From the NCBI GenBank assembly GCA_964409605.1, contig CAYPEV010000001.1, positions 1 through 51,919 on the forward strand: a stretch of DNA of 51,919 bases. The letters run 5' to 3'. The notes under the pieces were generated by a model. That model made no database searches and had not been told where the DNA came from. It was given only the letters and a program-made list of their open reading frames with translations. Below, piece by piece: positions 43,454 through 51,919 of this stretch. This DNA comes from an uncultured Christensenella sp. GTDB lineage: Bacteria > Bacillota > Clostridia > Christensenellales > CAG-138. The position numbers were made by a program, and so were the translations under genes. Position 1 is the first letter of the stretch. Each line of letters opens with the position of its first letter.

Positions 43454-44572
43454 TCAGCCCTTGCTGTCCGCGCGTTCCTGACGCGCCAGTCTGCGCGAGG
43501 CACTGCGCTTGCGCGCCTCGATGAAGCGCTCCTTGATGACCGGGCCGACGGTCTGAATCAGGATGACCGCGATGAGCACGAGGCCCTGGAAGGTATCCTG
43601 AATATCCGTCGTCAGCGCGGGAATCGAGACGATGATGAAGTTGATCGTCGTATACGACAGCGCACCGAAGAAAACGCCCAGCAGGTTTCCTTTGCCGCCG
43701 CTCATGCTTACCCCGCCGAGGACGACCGCCGCGATGGCATACATCTCGTAGCTCTTACCGGAGGACGCGGGCGTCACGTTACCGATCTTGCAGGCCTGCA
43801 CAAACGCCGCGATACCCACGAGGATACCCGTAATGACAAACACGGAGACCTTTACGCCCTGCACATTGACGCCGGCAAGGAACGCGGCCTTCTCATTGCT
43901 GCCGACCGCATAGACGCTCTTGCCGTATTTTGTGCGGCGCGAGATCAGCAGCACGATCAGCAGCACGGCGACGAACACAAACGTGATATACGGAATCGAG
44001 ACGCCCGGCAGGCTGCCCGTGCCAAACTTCATCCGCAGGAAATCATACGAGCTGTTTTCGCTGAGCATGGCAAACTGGCTGCTCGACGAGCCCGTGATCG
44101 CGGGATCGATTTCGCGCACGAGGGAGAGCATCAGCGAGCGATAGATCAGCATGGTGCCGAGGGTGACGATGAACGGCGGCATCTTGGCATAGCCCGCAAG
44201 CACGCCGTTGATAAGGCCGCAGAGCGCGCCGGCCGCCATTGCGGCAATCAAGGTGATCAGTACACTGTTGGTGATGTTGAACGCCATGATGGAAACGCCG
44301 CTGCACAGCACAAGCGCGGAGCCAACCGAGAGGTCGATCTGTCCCGTGATGATGACCAGCGCCATACCCAGCGCCATCGTGCCGACGATGACCGTGTTCT
44401 GGCTCGCGAGGATCGCAGTGATGTGCCCCCACTTAAACGCGTTTCCGTTCGCCTCGATGGTGAACGAATACACCAGCAGTATGATGGCAAAGACGAAAAT
44501 GAAGCTGTAGCGCTTCCACGCCTTTGCGACGAAAGATCCGATTCCGGCGAAACCGCCTTTGTTAGCCCGCAT
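43454..44572 (-). CDS. Sugar ABC transporter permease (CUT2, RbsC-like)
   Basis: About 372 aa polytopic protein. GQIDLSVGS motif region. The start overlaps the ATPase stop. Confidence 0.88.
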   Translation of the reverse strand: MRANKGGFAGIGSFVAKAWKRYSFIFVFAIILLVYSFTIEANGNAFKWGHITAILASQNTVIVGTMALGMALVIITGQIDLSVGSALVLCSGVSIMAFNITNSVLITLIAAMAAGALCGLINGVLAGYAKMPPFIVTLGTMLIYRSLMLSLVREIDPAITGSSSSQFAMLSENSSYDFLRMKFGTGSLPGVSIPYITFVFVAVLLIVLLISRRTKYGKSVYAVGSNEKAAFLAGVNVQGVKVSVFVITGILVGIAAFVQACKIGNVTPASSGKSYEMYAIAAVVLGGVSMSGGKGNLLGVFFGALSYTTINFIIVSIPALTTDIQDTFQGLVLIAVILIQTVGPVIKERFIEARKRSASRRLARQERADSKG

Positions 44573-46070
44573 GATTGGCTCCTCTCCGCGTATTGATCGC
44601 GTTTGTAGAATACAGCATGACGTCATGCTCATTGATTTCGTCGTGCTGGAAAACCCTTGCCACACGCCCTTCAAAGAAGACGACGCAGCGGTCGGAAACC
44701 TTCTTGATCTCCGGAATCTCCAGCGTATTGATGATCACCGTCATCCCGCGCGAGGCGAACTCCAAAATCAGGCGGTAGATCTCCGCCTTTGCGCCGACGT
44801 CGACGCCCTGCGTGGGGTTGTCGAGCAGCAGCACGTCCGCATTTGTGTTCAGCCAGCGGGCGAGAAAGATCTTCTGCTGATTGCCGCCGGAAAGCGACAG
44901 GATGGAATTCTTCGGCGACTCCGACTTGATCCAGAGAAGCTTTTTGAGCGCCTCATAGCGATCCTGCTCTTGCTTTGACGAGATCATCTGCCGCTTTTTC
45001 GAGAGGGAATGCTCCGCGATGCAGATGTTTTCGAGGATGTCCATATCCGGCACGACGGAGTTTTCCTTGCGGTTGCTGGGCAGCATCGCAAGCTTATTTT
45101 TCATAAACTGCGGAATGCCGCCATGCAGCGTTTTGCCTTCTACGCGAATGGTACCGCCTTCAAACGGCAGCACACCGAACATCGTCTGCATTATTTCACT
45201 CGCGCCGCAGCCGGCGAGGCCGGTGAACGCGATGATTTCGCCTTTTTTGATCTCCAGGCTGACGTCCGTAAAGCCGTGTCCCGTCACGTTGCGCAGCTCC
45301 ACAATCGTTTCACCGAGCGGGCGCGGCTCATAGTAGTCCTTATCGAGATATTGCTCGCCCACCATGTCCGAGGCGATCTGATGCGGCGTGCTGTCCGCGA
45401 TCCGTCCGCTGGAGATAAACATGCCGTTACGAAGCACGGTGTAGCGATCCGCAATTTCGAAGATCTCCGGCATTTTGTGCGATATAAAGATAAAGGAATG
45501 ACCCTGTGCTTTCAGTTTTCGGAGGATGCCGAACAGATGCTCGACCTCCTGCGTGCTCAGCGCTGTGGTCGGTTCGTCGAGAATCAGCATCTTTGCGTTG
45601 GCGTGCAGCGCACGGCTGATCTCCAGCAGCTGTTTCTGGCTTGTCTTGAGATCGGATACCATCGCGCAAGGGTCGATATCCACCCCAAGTCGTGTGAAGA
45701 GTTCGCTTGCCTCCTCCACCATGCGCTTGCGGTCGAGCAGGCCGATTTTTGTCTTGATTTCACGATTTAAAAAGATGTTTTCGAACACGCTCAGGTCGTT
45801 GACCACGTTCACTTCCTGATGCACAAACGCGATGCCCGCCCGCTCCATCGCGGTGATGGTCGGGTTTGGATAGTTCTTGCCGTCGAAGTGGATTCCGCCG
45901 GAGTCGGCTGCGATGACGCCGGTGAGGATGTTCATCAGCGTGGATTTGCCCGCGCCGTTTTCACCAAGCAGCGCGTGGATTTCTCCCGCTTCGACAGTGA
46001 GATGCACATCAGAAAGCGCAATCACACCGCCGAATGCCTTTGAAATGTGCTGCATTTCAAGGATTGCCAT
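44562..46070 (-). CDS. Sugar ABC transporter ATP-binding protein (duplicated ATPase, RbsA/MglA-like)
   Basis: GENGAGKSTL, LILDEPTTAL, and a second half with LSGGNQQK, LLLDNPTQGVD. Start at the ATG at 46070. Confidence 0.92.
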   Translation of the reverse strand: MAILEMQHISKAFGGVIALSDVHLTVEAGEIHALLGENGAGKSTLMNILTGVIAADSGGIHFDGKNYPNPTITAMERAGIAFVHQEVNVVNDLSVFENIFLNREIKTKIGLLDRKRMVEEASELFTRLGVDIDPCAMVSDLKTSQKQLLEISRALHANAKMLILDEPTTALSTQEVEHLFGILRKLKAQGHSFIFISHKMPEIFEIADRYTVLRNGMFISSGRIADSTPHQIASDMVGEQYLDKDYYEPRPLGETIVELRNVTGHGFTDVSLEIKKGEIIAFTGLAGCGASEIMQTMFGVLPFEGGTIRVEGKTLHGGIPQFMKNKLAMLPSNRKENSVVPDMDILENICIAEHSLSKKRQMISSKQEQDRYEALKKLLWIKSESPKNSILSLSGGNQQKIFLARWLNTNADVLLLDNPTQGVDVGAKAEIYRLILEFASRGMTVIINTLEIPEIKKVSDRCVVFFEGRVARVFQHDEINEHDVMLYSTNAINTRRGANHAG

Positions 46071-46238
46071 AGTTTGTGTCCCCGTTTCCCTCGTTTTTGG
46101 TGAGGTGATTGGTTCATATTGCCGATTTTGGCCGCGATGGGAAGAATGGTTCCTGCAACCAGTATAATCGGATTTCTTCGTTGCGAAAAGAGCGTATTTG
46201 TGCGTCGTTTCGCTTCGCTCGCATCTGGCCAACATTCA

Positions 46239-46271
46239 CGTACGGATGCAGGGGTTGCCTGCATCCGTACG
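46239..46271 (-). promoter_or_regulatory. 14-bp-stem intercistronic hairpin between the binding-protein and ATPase genes
   Basis: CGTACGGATGCAGG-GGTTG-CCTGCATCCGTACG. A second hairpin, GTCTTTC-GAG-GAAAGAC, lies at 46290-46306. Confidence 0.65.
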
Positions 46272-46319
46272 CGCAGTCAAGTAAGTTCAGTCTTTCGAGG
46301 AAAGACCGCTTGGATTCCC

Positions 46320-47495
46320 TTAGGACGCGTGACCCGTGAAGCCTTCGTAGTTGGCAACGTTACCGGAATCAACGATCCAAACCGGCTCATACTTGCCGTC
46401 GCCGACTTTGTAATCCCAGTTGCCCGCGAGGTAGTCGAGCATGTAGTTGATGACGTTCTCGAACATCTTCGGCGAGAAGTAGACGGACATGAGGCCGTCG
46501 AAGTAGGTCTGCGCCGTGGCAGCCTGCGCGGAGGTGCCGTCGATGACCGCATAGAGCTCGGCCATGCCGCCGATGGCGGAGGTGTAGACGTTCAGGGCTG
46601 CGAAGTCGGCCTTGGTCGCTTCGTCGATGGCGTTCGCCTCGAGGAGGTTCATGAGACCGAAGGTCATTTCATCGTCCATCGAGTAGATGTACAGGGAGCC
46701 ACCCGTGGTCTTCGCCTTGGCGACGATTTCAGGCAGTTTCTGCTCGAGGTACTGATACGCGCCGTCCGCGCTCCAGTTGCAGACCGTCTTATAGTCGGCC
46801 GTCAGAGCATCGATCTGCTCCTGGGTCCAAACTTCGGTGGTCTTGTAGGACTCGTTCTTGTCCTTGTCGAAATACTCGATTTCGCCGCGGAGGAACTGCT
46901 CGAAGCCTTCCTGACGGCGGGAGCAGACGGTGCCGTTGTCGCCGATGAGGGTGACAAGGGTCGCGCCGGGCGCCATGCCGTTCTTCTGCAGCCAGTACGC
47001 GATGCCCGCGCCGCACTGCCAGTTGTCACCGGAGGCGTTGAGGATGGAGTACTTGTCCGGACCTTCGATGATACGGTCGAAGGAGATGAACGGGACGTTC
47101 GCGGCGATCAGGGCTTCCTGACCTGCCTTGGCGGAGTCTTCCAGAGCGAAGAACACCACGCCGACCGCATCGCCGTTGGCGAGGATGGTCTGCACCTGGT
47201 CAACCTGCTCTTCACCGGTGGAAGCTGCCATGTAGACGGCCTTGTACTTGCCTTCGGCGTTGATTTCGGCAACCTTCTTGTCAGCATAGGTACCGGCCTG
47301 TGCGGTCCAGCCATGATCCGGCGTGGGGCCGAGCACGTAGATGGTGCCGCCGGCAGATTCCGTGGTCTCCTCCGCGGCGGGTGCCGCGGGCTGTTCGGCT
47401 GCGGGTTCTTCCGCGGCCGGCGCCGGGGTGCTTGCGCATGCCGCAACGCTGAGCAGCATCATGGCGCACATGAGAATCGCTAGGAATTTTTTCAT
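46320..47495 (-). CDS. Sugar ABC transporter substrate-binding lipoprotein (Peripla_BP_4-like)
   Basis: MKKFLAILMCAMMLLSVAACA lipobox, an A/P/E linker, then a type-I PBP fold. Strong AAGGAGAG RBS. Confidence 0.88.
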   Translation of the reverse strand: MKKFLAILMCAMMLLSVAACASTPAPAAEEPAAEQPAAPAAEETTESAGGTIYVLGPTPDHGWTAQAGTYADKKVAEINAEGKYKAVYMAASTGEEQVDQVQTILANGDAVGVVFFALEDSAKAGQEALIAANVPFISFDRIIEGPDKYSILNASGDNWQCGAGIAYWLQKNGMAPGATLVTLIGDNGTVCSRRQEGFEQFLRGEIEYFDKDKNESYKTTEVWTQEQIDALTADYKTVCNWSADGAYQYLEQKLPEIVAKAKTTGGSLYIYSMDDEMTFGLMNLLEANAIDEATKADFAALNVYTSAIGGMAELYAVIDGTSAQAATAQTYFDGLMSVYFSPKMFENVINYMLDYLAGNWDYKVGDGKYEPVWIVDSGNVANYEGFTGHAS

Positions 47496-47517
47496 GATTT
47501 CTCTCCTTTTTTGATTT

Positions 47518-47541
47518 ATAACAACCAGTTTCTGGTTATTA
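47518..47541. promoter_or_regulatory. Imperfect 24-bp palindrome just upstream of the binding-protein RBS (operator or RNA hairpin candidate)
   Basis: ATAACAACCAG-TTT-CTGGTTATTA. The core AACCAG/CTGGTT is perfect. Confidence 0.35.
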
Positions 47542-47589
47542 CCGGTGTGTTTTGCGCGTCCTCCCGACGGGGGGACGCATTCCGCGGGA

Positions 47590-48627
47590 TCAGAGCTCGA
47601 CGATCCTGCCGGATTCGGCGGAGGCGAGGCATGCGAAGACCACGCGCATCGAGTTGACGATATCCTCCGCGTCCAGCACGGTCTTCTTCCCCGTGAGGAT
47701 GCTCTCGACAAACAGATCGATCACGCCGCTGCTCGCCTGCTGCGCGTCTTCGTTGGTCTGCATGCGATCCAGTTCATAATGTGCTTTGGTTCCATCCGCA
47801 TACACCACCTGAAGCGCATAGCGCGGGTCATGGTAGAGCTTGAGCGTACCTTTTTCGCAGTAGAGGGACGAGGAGTTGCATTCTTCGCCATAGTGCGTCC
47901 AACTCGTGGTCACGGTGCCCAGCGCGCCGTTGGCGAAGGTCAGAATCTCGACGGAGTTGTCATCCACCTCGATCGGCGTGCCGTCGGGGAATTTCTTATC
48001 CAGCGTCGCAAGGCGGGAAAAGACGTTCTTCACATCCGAGCCGATCAGATAGCGCATCAGATCGATCTTATGGATGCCCAGGTCCGCCATGGACCCGAAC
48101 GCCGCCGCGTTCTTTTTGAAAAACCAGGTGTTGCTGCTCTTGTCCGCGCTCCACATCTCCGGCCCTTTGTGGCCGAAGGTGGCGGCGAAGCTGATCACGC
48201 GGCCGAGTTCGCCGGAGGCGATGATCTCCCTGGCCTTCTTGTGCGCCGGCGTCAGGCGCTGGTTATGGTCGATCAGGAGCCGCTTGCCGCTTTTGATCGC
48301 GGCTGCAAGCATGTCTTCGCAGTCCTGAAGCGTGATCGCCATCGGTTTTTCGCAGAGCACATGCTTGCCGTGGCCCAGCGCGTCAATCGTGATCGGCGCG
48401 TGAAACGCGTTTGCCACGCAGACGCTGACCGCATCGATCGAAGCGTCCGCAATCATTTCCTCGGCGGAGTCGTATACCTTGCCGCCGAAATCCTTCGCCA
48501 TCTCTTCTGCACGCGCGCGGGAGACGTCGTATACGCCCGCGATGACGGTGTGCGCGTTGTGTTTGTATTCTGCCGCGTGGCGCTGTCTTGCGATCGATCC
48601 GCAGCCGATGATGCCTACGTTTAACAT
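47590..48627 (-). CDS. Gfo/Idh/MocA family oxidoreductase
   Basis: MLNVGIIGCGSIARQRH Rossmann motif and the EKP motif (VLCEKPMA). Confidence 0.9.
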   Translation of the reverse strand: MLNVGIIGCGSIARQRHAAEYKHNAHTVIAGVYDVSRARAEEMAKDFGGKVYDSAEEMIADASIDAVSVCVANAFHAPITIDALGHGKHVLCEKPMAITLQDCEDMLAAAIKSGKRLLIDHNQRLTPAHKKAREIIASGELGRVISFAATFGHKGPEMWSADKSSNTWFFKKNAAAFGSMADLGIHKIDLMRYLIGSDVKNVFSRLATLDKKFPDGTPIEVDDNSVEILTFANGALGTVTTSWTHYGEECNSSSLYCEKGTLKLYHDPRYALQVVYADGTKAHYELDRMQTNEDAQQASSGVIDLFVESILTGKKTVLDAEDIVNSMRVVFACLASAESGRIVEL

Positions 48628-48705
48628 GCTTTGTGTTCCCCTTTGTGTCTTCTCTTCTATATATGTTGTTCGCTTATGCGGAGTCCTGTTGCGCCGTATG
48701 CGTGT

Positions 48706-49734
48706 TTATGCTTTCCCGGCATCCTTGGCCGGATGCTGCGCGGTCGTCTCCCGCAGCATGATGGTATGCGGCAGATAAACCGCCTGCTGCGCGCCCGGCT
48801 TTTGTGCGATGTGTTCATAGAGCAGCATCATGCTGCTGCGACCGAGCTCGTAGCAAGGCACCGCGACCGTCGTCAGATAGGGGTGAAACATCGTCGTATA
48901 ATCGACGTCGTCAAATCCCGTCACGCTCAAATCCCAGGGCACCTGCAAACCCAGCTTGCCCGCCGAGGAGATCGCACCTAGGGCGAGGATATCCGAAACG
49001 CAGAAGATCGCGCTCGGCGGAGCCGTCCGCTGCAAGAGCTCCCGCGCCGCCTGTTTTCCGCTCGCGAACGAATAATCGGCGGAGGCATAGGCGATCAGTT
49101 CGTCGTCCCGCGGGATGCCCGCCTGCTCCAGCGCGTCCAGATATCCGCGCAGGCGGTTCTCGCTCGAAAGATACCGGTTTGCGCTCGTGATAATACCGAT
49201 TCTCCTGTGCCCCTGCGTGATCAGATGCTGCACCGATTCGCGCGCGGCAAGGCGGTTATCCACCGAGATATGCGGCAATTCCGCGTGCTCGACGTATTCC
49301 GAGCACTGCACGAGCGGGTACTTTCCCGCGTATTTGGAGAGCCAGGCGTCGTCCCGATTGACCGCGAGGGTGATCATCCCGTCCGCACGGTTTTTCTGAA
49401 AAAGGCTTGCCACGAGCGACTCGTCCAGGGCGTTGCTGTCATATGTGTTGTAAATCAAGGTGCTGTAGCCAAGGTTTCTCGAAACATCACAGATGCCGGC
49501 AAGCACGTTGGAATAATACGGGTTGGAGAAGTTCGGCGCGAGGATCAGGATGATCCGGCTTTCGTTCTTGCGCAGGTTCCGCGCGAGCAGGTTCGGCTCA
49601 TATTGCAGCGCTTCCACCGCTTTCTTCACCTTGTCCTGCGTCTGCGGCAGCACGCCGCCCTGTTCGTTGAGCACGCGCGAGACGGTCGCTACCGACACGC
49701 CGGCTGCGCGCGCAACGTCCTCAATCTTCACCAT
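48706..49734 (-). CDS. LacI family transcriptional regulator
   Basis: MVKIEDVARAAGVSVATVSRVLN HTH plus a periplasmic-binding-like effector domain. Start at the ATG at 49734. Confidence 0.92.
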   Translation of the reverse strand: MVKIEDVARAAGVSVATVSRVLNEQGGVLPQTQDKVKKAVEALQYEPNLLARNLRKNESRIILILAPNFSNPYYSNVLAGICDVSRNLGYSTLIYNTYDSNALDESLVASLFQKNRADGMITLAVNRDDAWLSKYAGKYPLVQCSEYVEHAELPHISVDNRLAARESVQHLITQGHRRIGIITSANRYLSSENRLRGYLDALEQAGIPRDDELIAYASADYSFASGKQAARELLQRTAPPSAIFCVSDILALGAISSAGKLGLQVPWDLSVTGFDDVDYTTMFHPYLTTVAVPCYELGRSSMMLLYEHIAQKPGAQQAVYLPHTIMLRETTAQHPAKDAGKA

Positions 49735-49801
49735 TTTGCGGCATCCTCCCCCTCGTGCAACGGTTGGTCGTGATGCGTTCATCGGGTCTTTGTCCCGTGC
49801 G

Positions 49802-49817
49802 ATGTAATGGATTACAT
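49802..49817. promoter_or_regulatory. Candidate LacI-family operator
   Basis: 16-bp palindrome ATGTAAT-GG-ATTACAT located 68 nt upstream of the LacI start. TTACAT/TTTACA half-sites recur at 50986-51046. Confidence 0.4.
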
Positions 49818-49867
49818 GCGCTTTGTGCGTTTGCGGCGTGCACACGCCGCGGGCATACTGTATTGCG

Positions 49868-50788
49868 TTATTCGGTCACGATAAACTGGCTCATGTAGCG
49901 TTGGGACTGGATCAGGGATTCATAGCGGCGCTCCAGCGTATCCTCGAAGGCTTTGTCCTCCACCTCGACGCAGATATAGCCGCGGTAGCCGACATCCGTC
50001 AGTGCGGAGACGAACTTCGCCCAGTTGATGTCGCCAAGACCCGGCAGCTTCGGCTGCAGATAGTCGAGGGGCGCCGCGAAGATACCGACGTCGTCCAGAA
50101 GGTTCCGATATAGCTTGATGTCCTTGATATGGACATGGAAGAGCTTTTCCTTAAACTCGTAGATGGGACGGATGTAGTCCATCTGCTGAATTAAAAAGTG
50201 CGAGGGATCATAATTGAGGCCAAAGTGCGCGCTGTCGATCACAGAAAACATCTCCCGCCAGATGCGCGGCGAGACGGCGAGATTTTTGCCGCCCGGCCAC
50301 TCGCTCTGCGTAAACAGCATCGGGCAATTCTCGATCGCGACGCGCACGCCGTTATCCTCGGCGAGTTTGATGATATCCGGCCAAACCTTGGCAAAGAGCT
50401 TCATGTTGTCCGAAACGTTCAGGTGCTGATTTCTGCCGATGAAGGTATTCACGGTACGCACGCCGAGCTTGGGCGCTGATACGATGAGCTTCTTGATGTG
50501 GTTGATGGCCGTCTCGGCCTTTGCCGCGTCCGGGTCGAGCGCGTTGGGATAATATCCCAACGCGGAGATCTCGACTCCAGTCTCGGCGAGCTTGGATTGG
50601 ATCGCTTCCACGCGTGCGTCGTCGAGCGTATCCACGTCGATATGGGTCACGCCCGCATAGCGCCGCTCCGACTTGCCAACCGGCCAGCACATCATCTCCA
50701 CGCAACGGTAGCCATGCTTTGCTGCAAAGGAAACGACGGTCTCGAACGATTGATCCGGCAAAATTGCGCTGGCAAATCCAAGCTTCAT
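49868..50788 (-). CDS. Sugar phosphate isomerase/epimerase (xylose isomerase-like TIM barrel)
   Basis: MKLGFASAILPDQSFETVVSFAAKHGYRCVEM... ; AIENCP, HVHIKD motifs. Start at the ATG at 50788. Confidence 0.88.
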   Translation of the reverse strand: MKLGFASAILPDQSFETVVSFAAKHGYRCVEMMCWPVGKSERRYAGVTHIDVDTLDDARVEAIQSKLAETGVEISALGYYPNALDPDAAKAETAINHIKKLIVSAPKLGVRTVNTFIGRNQHLNVSDNMKLFAKVWPDIIKLAEDNGVRVAIENCPMLFTQSEWPGGKNLAVSPRIWREMFSVIDSAHFGLNYDPSHFLIQQMDYIRPIYEFKEKLFHVHIKDIKLYRNLLDDVGIFAAPLDYLQPKLPGLGDINWAKFVSALTDVGYRGYICVEVEDKAFEDTLERRYESLIQSQRYMSQFIVTE

Positions 50789-50921
50789 GGTTTTGGTTCC
50801 TCTTTTGCGTTTTTGTCTGAATTCTCGGGTTGCAGTTGCTGTGTTACTGCCGATTCTACCAGGAGTAAGGAGGAGAAAGAATGAAAAAGACTGCTCGGTT
50901 TCATGGTTTTGTCTTGTTTTA

Positions 50922-50950
50922 AATCTATCATTCCTTACACAGGCTGTCAA
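50922..50950 (-). promoter_or_regulatory. Predicted promoter of the isomerase-LacI-oxidoreductase-ABC operon
   Basis: Minus-strand TTGACA, 17-nt spacer, TAGATT, about 130 nt upstream of the isomerase start. Confidence 0.45.
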
Positions 50951-51091
50951 TATTATTTTCATTATTTACACTGTATATAATTTTTCGTTACATTTTTTAC
51001 ATTTAAGTTCGTTTAAGCATAAAAACGAACGTGATTTACAAAACCGATCAAATATGATATGATAATCTGACGTTGGAAAAAAAGGAACTGG

Positions 51092-51919
51092 CATGTCTCA
51101 GTTGAAGAAGAAAACAACCTTACAGGATGTAGCGGACGCGGCGGGGGTTTCCATCGCCACGGTTTCGCGCGCCATCAACAACAAAGAGAGCGTAAAGGAA
51201 GGCACGTACGATAAGATCGTACAGGCCATCTATGCGCTCGGATATGACGCAGCCGTGCGGCGTGAGAGCCATCTGATCCTCATCCTGCTGCCGGACATCG
51301 ACAACCCGTTTTACTCGGAAGTAATACGGGGTATCTCCTCCGCCGCCGGCAGGCAGGGTTATCAGGAGATCATCGTACGCACGGGCGCGCATCCGCTCAC
51401 GCTTTCGTTTATCGAAGACATCATCGAGAAGACACATGCGGACGGCGTGATTACGCTCGACCCGATCCCCTCGGCGGACACGATTTCGCAGCTGGAACTG
51501 CATACGCCTTTGATTCAATGCGCCGAATACAACGAAAACAGCCCGACGTCGTATGTATCGATCGACGACGTGGCGGCGAGCCGTTCGGTCGTCGACTATA
51601 TCCTGAGCAAGGGAAAACGCAGAGTCGCGCTGATCAACGGTCCTCTAAAATACAAATACGCCAGAAAACGCCAGCAAGGGTTCATCGAAGGTCTGGAAGC
51701 AGCGGGCATCGTACCCGCGCAAAACCTGATGGTACAAGTGCCGGAGTTTTCCTATGACGCGGCGGTCTCCATCGCAACCCAGCTGTTGAGCATGCCGGAG
51801 CGGCCGGACGCGATCTTCGCCGCGTCGGATGTCTTCGCGGTTGCGGCCGTCAAGGCGGCAAAACGTCTCGGCATTTCGATTCCGAAGGATCTGGGTATCA
51901 TCGGCTTCGACAACACGAA
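51092..51919 (+). CDS. Second LacI family transcriptional regulator, 5' part (runs off the window end)
   Basis: Open-ended frame absent from the ORF track: MSQLKKKTTLQDVADAAGVSIATVSRAINNKESV... continues without a stop to 51919 (..GIIGFDNT). AAGGAA RBS. Confidence 0.9.

Noticed and set aside
51120-51757. Track ORFs at 51120-51518 (minus) and 51518-51757 (plus)
   Set aside because: Both overlap the open-ended plus-strand frame starting at 51092, which has an unmistakable LacI HTH and effector domain. They have no motifs of their own.

Overview
About 52 kb of a high-GC Firmicutes/Clostridia-type chromosome. The taxon is inferred from gene content: pth-mfd-prsA, T-box-metG-tatD, ftsW/ftsQ, rubredoxin, feoAB with a DtxR regulator. 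GC reads by eye at about 60% or more. Most genes are on the minus strand. Contents, left to right: (1) Positions 1 to ~1950 are clearly AT-richer (by eye mid-40s %GC) and carry a signal-less NlpC/P60 hydrolase plus an overlapping secreted-protein ORF that runs off the window, so this is probably the edge of an integrated mobile element. (2) A two-gene permease plus thioredoxin-like operon, then feoA-feoB with a small Cys-rich membrane protein (missing from the ORF track) and a divergent DtxR-family repressor with a candidate iron box. (3) Housekeeping genes: ftsQ/divIB, ftsW, an alpha/beta hydrolase, an orphan BtuF/FhuD-type binding protein, rubredoxin, a PrsA-like foldase, mfd, pth, a Met T-box leader, metG, GNAT and tatD. 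(4) An islet of uncharacterised membrane proteins, including two DUF5684-like paralogues separated by a 3x ~50-bp tandem repeat that carries covarying 11-bp palindromes. (5) A ~10.6-kb molybdenum cluster: moeA, moeA-PBP fusion, moaC, MOSC, moaA, MOSC, MoeA-like, modABC, mogA. (6) A 693-aa protein with six Ig-like repeats and a membrane anchor at each end, behind a strong AT-rich promoter region. (7) A ROK + PfkB + MFS operon and a long U32 peptidase-family gene. (8) A CUT2-type sugar ABC locus with a Gfo/Idh/MocA oxidoreductase, a TIM-barrel isomerase and two LacI regulators; the second LacI is open-ended and missing from the ORF track. I saw no rRNA, tRNA, CRISPR array, transposase, integrase or recognisable defence gene. 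The least explained items are the tandem palindrome repeat (24137-24290), the six-repeat surface protein, the 26-bp duplication of the ftsQ 3' end and the compositional break at the left edge. All family calls come from motif recognition by eye and need HMM/BLAST confirmation.
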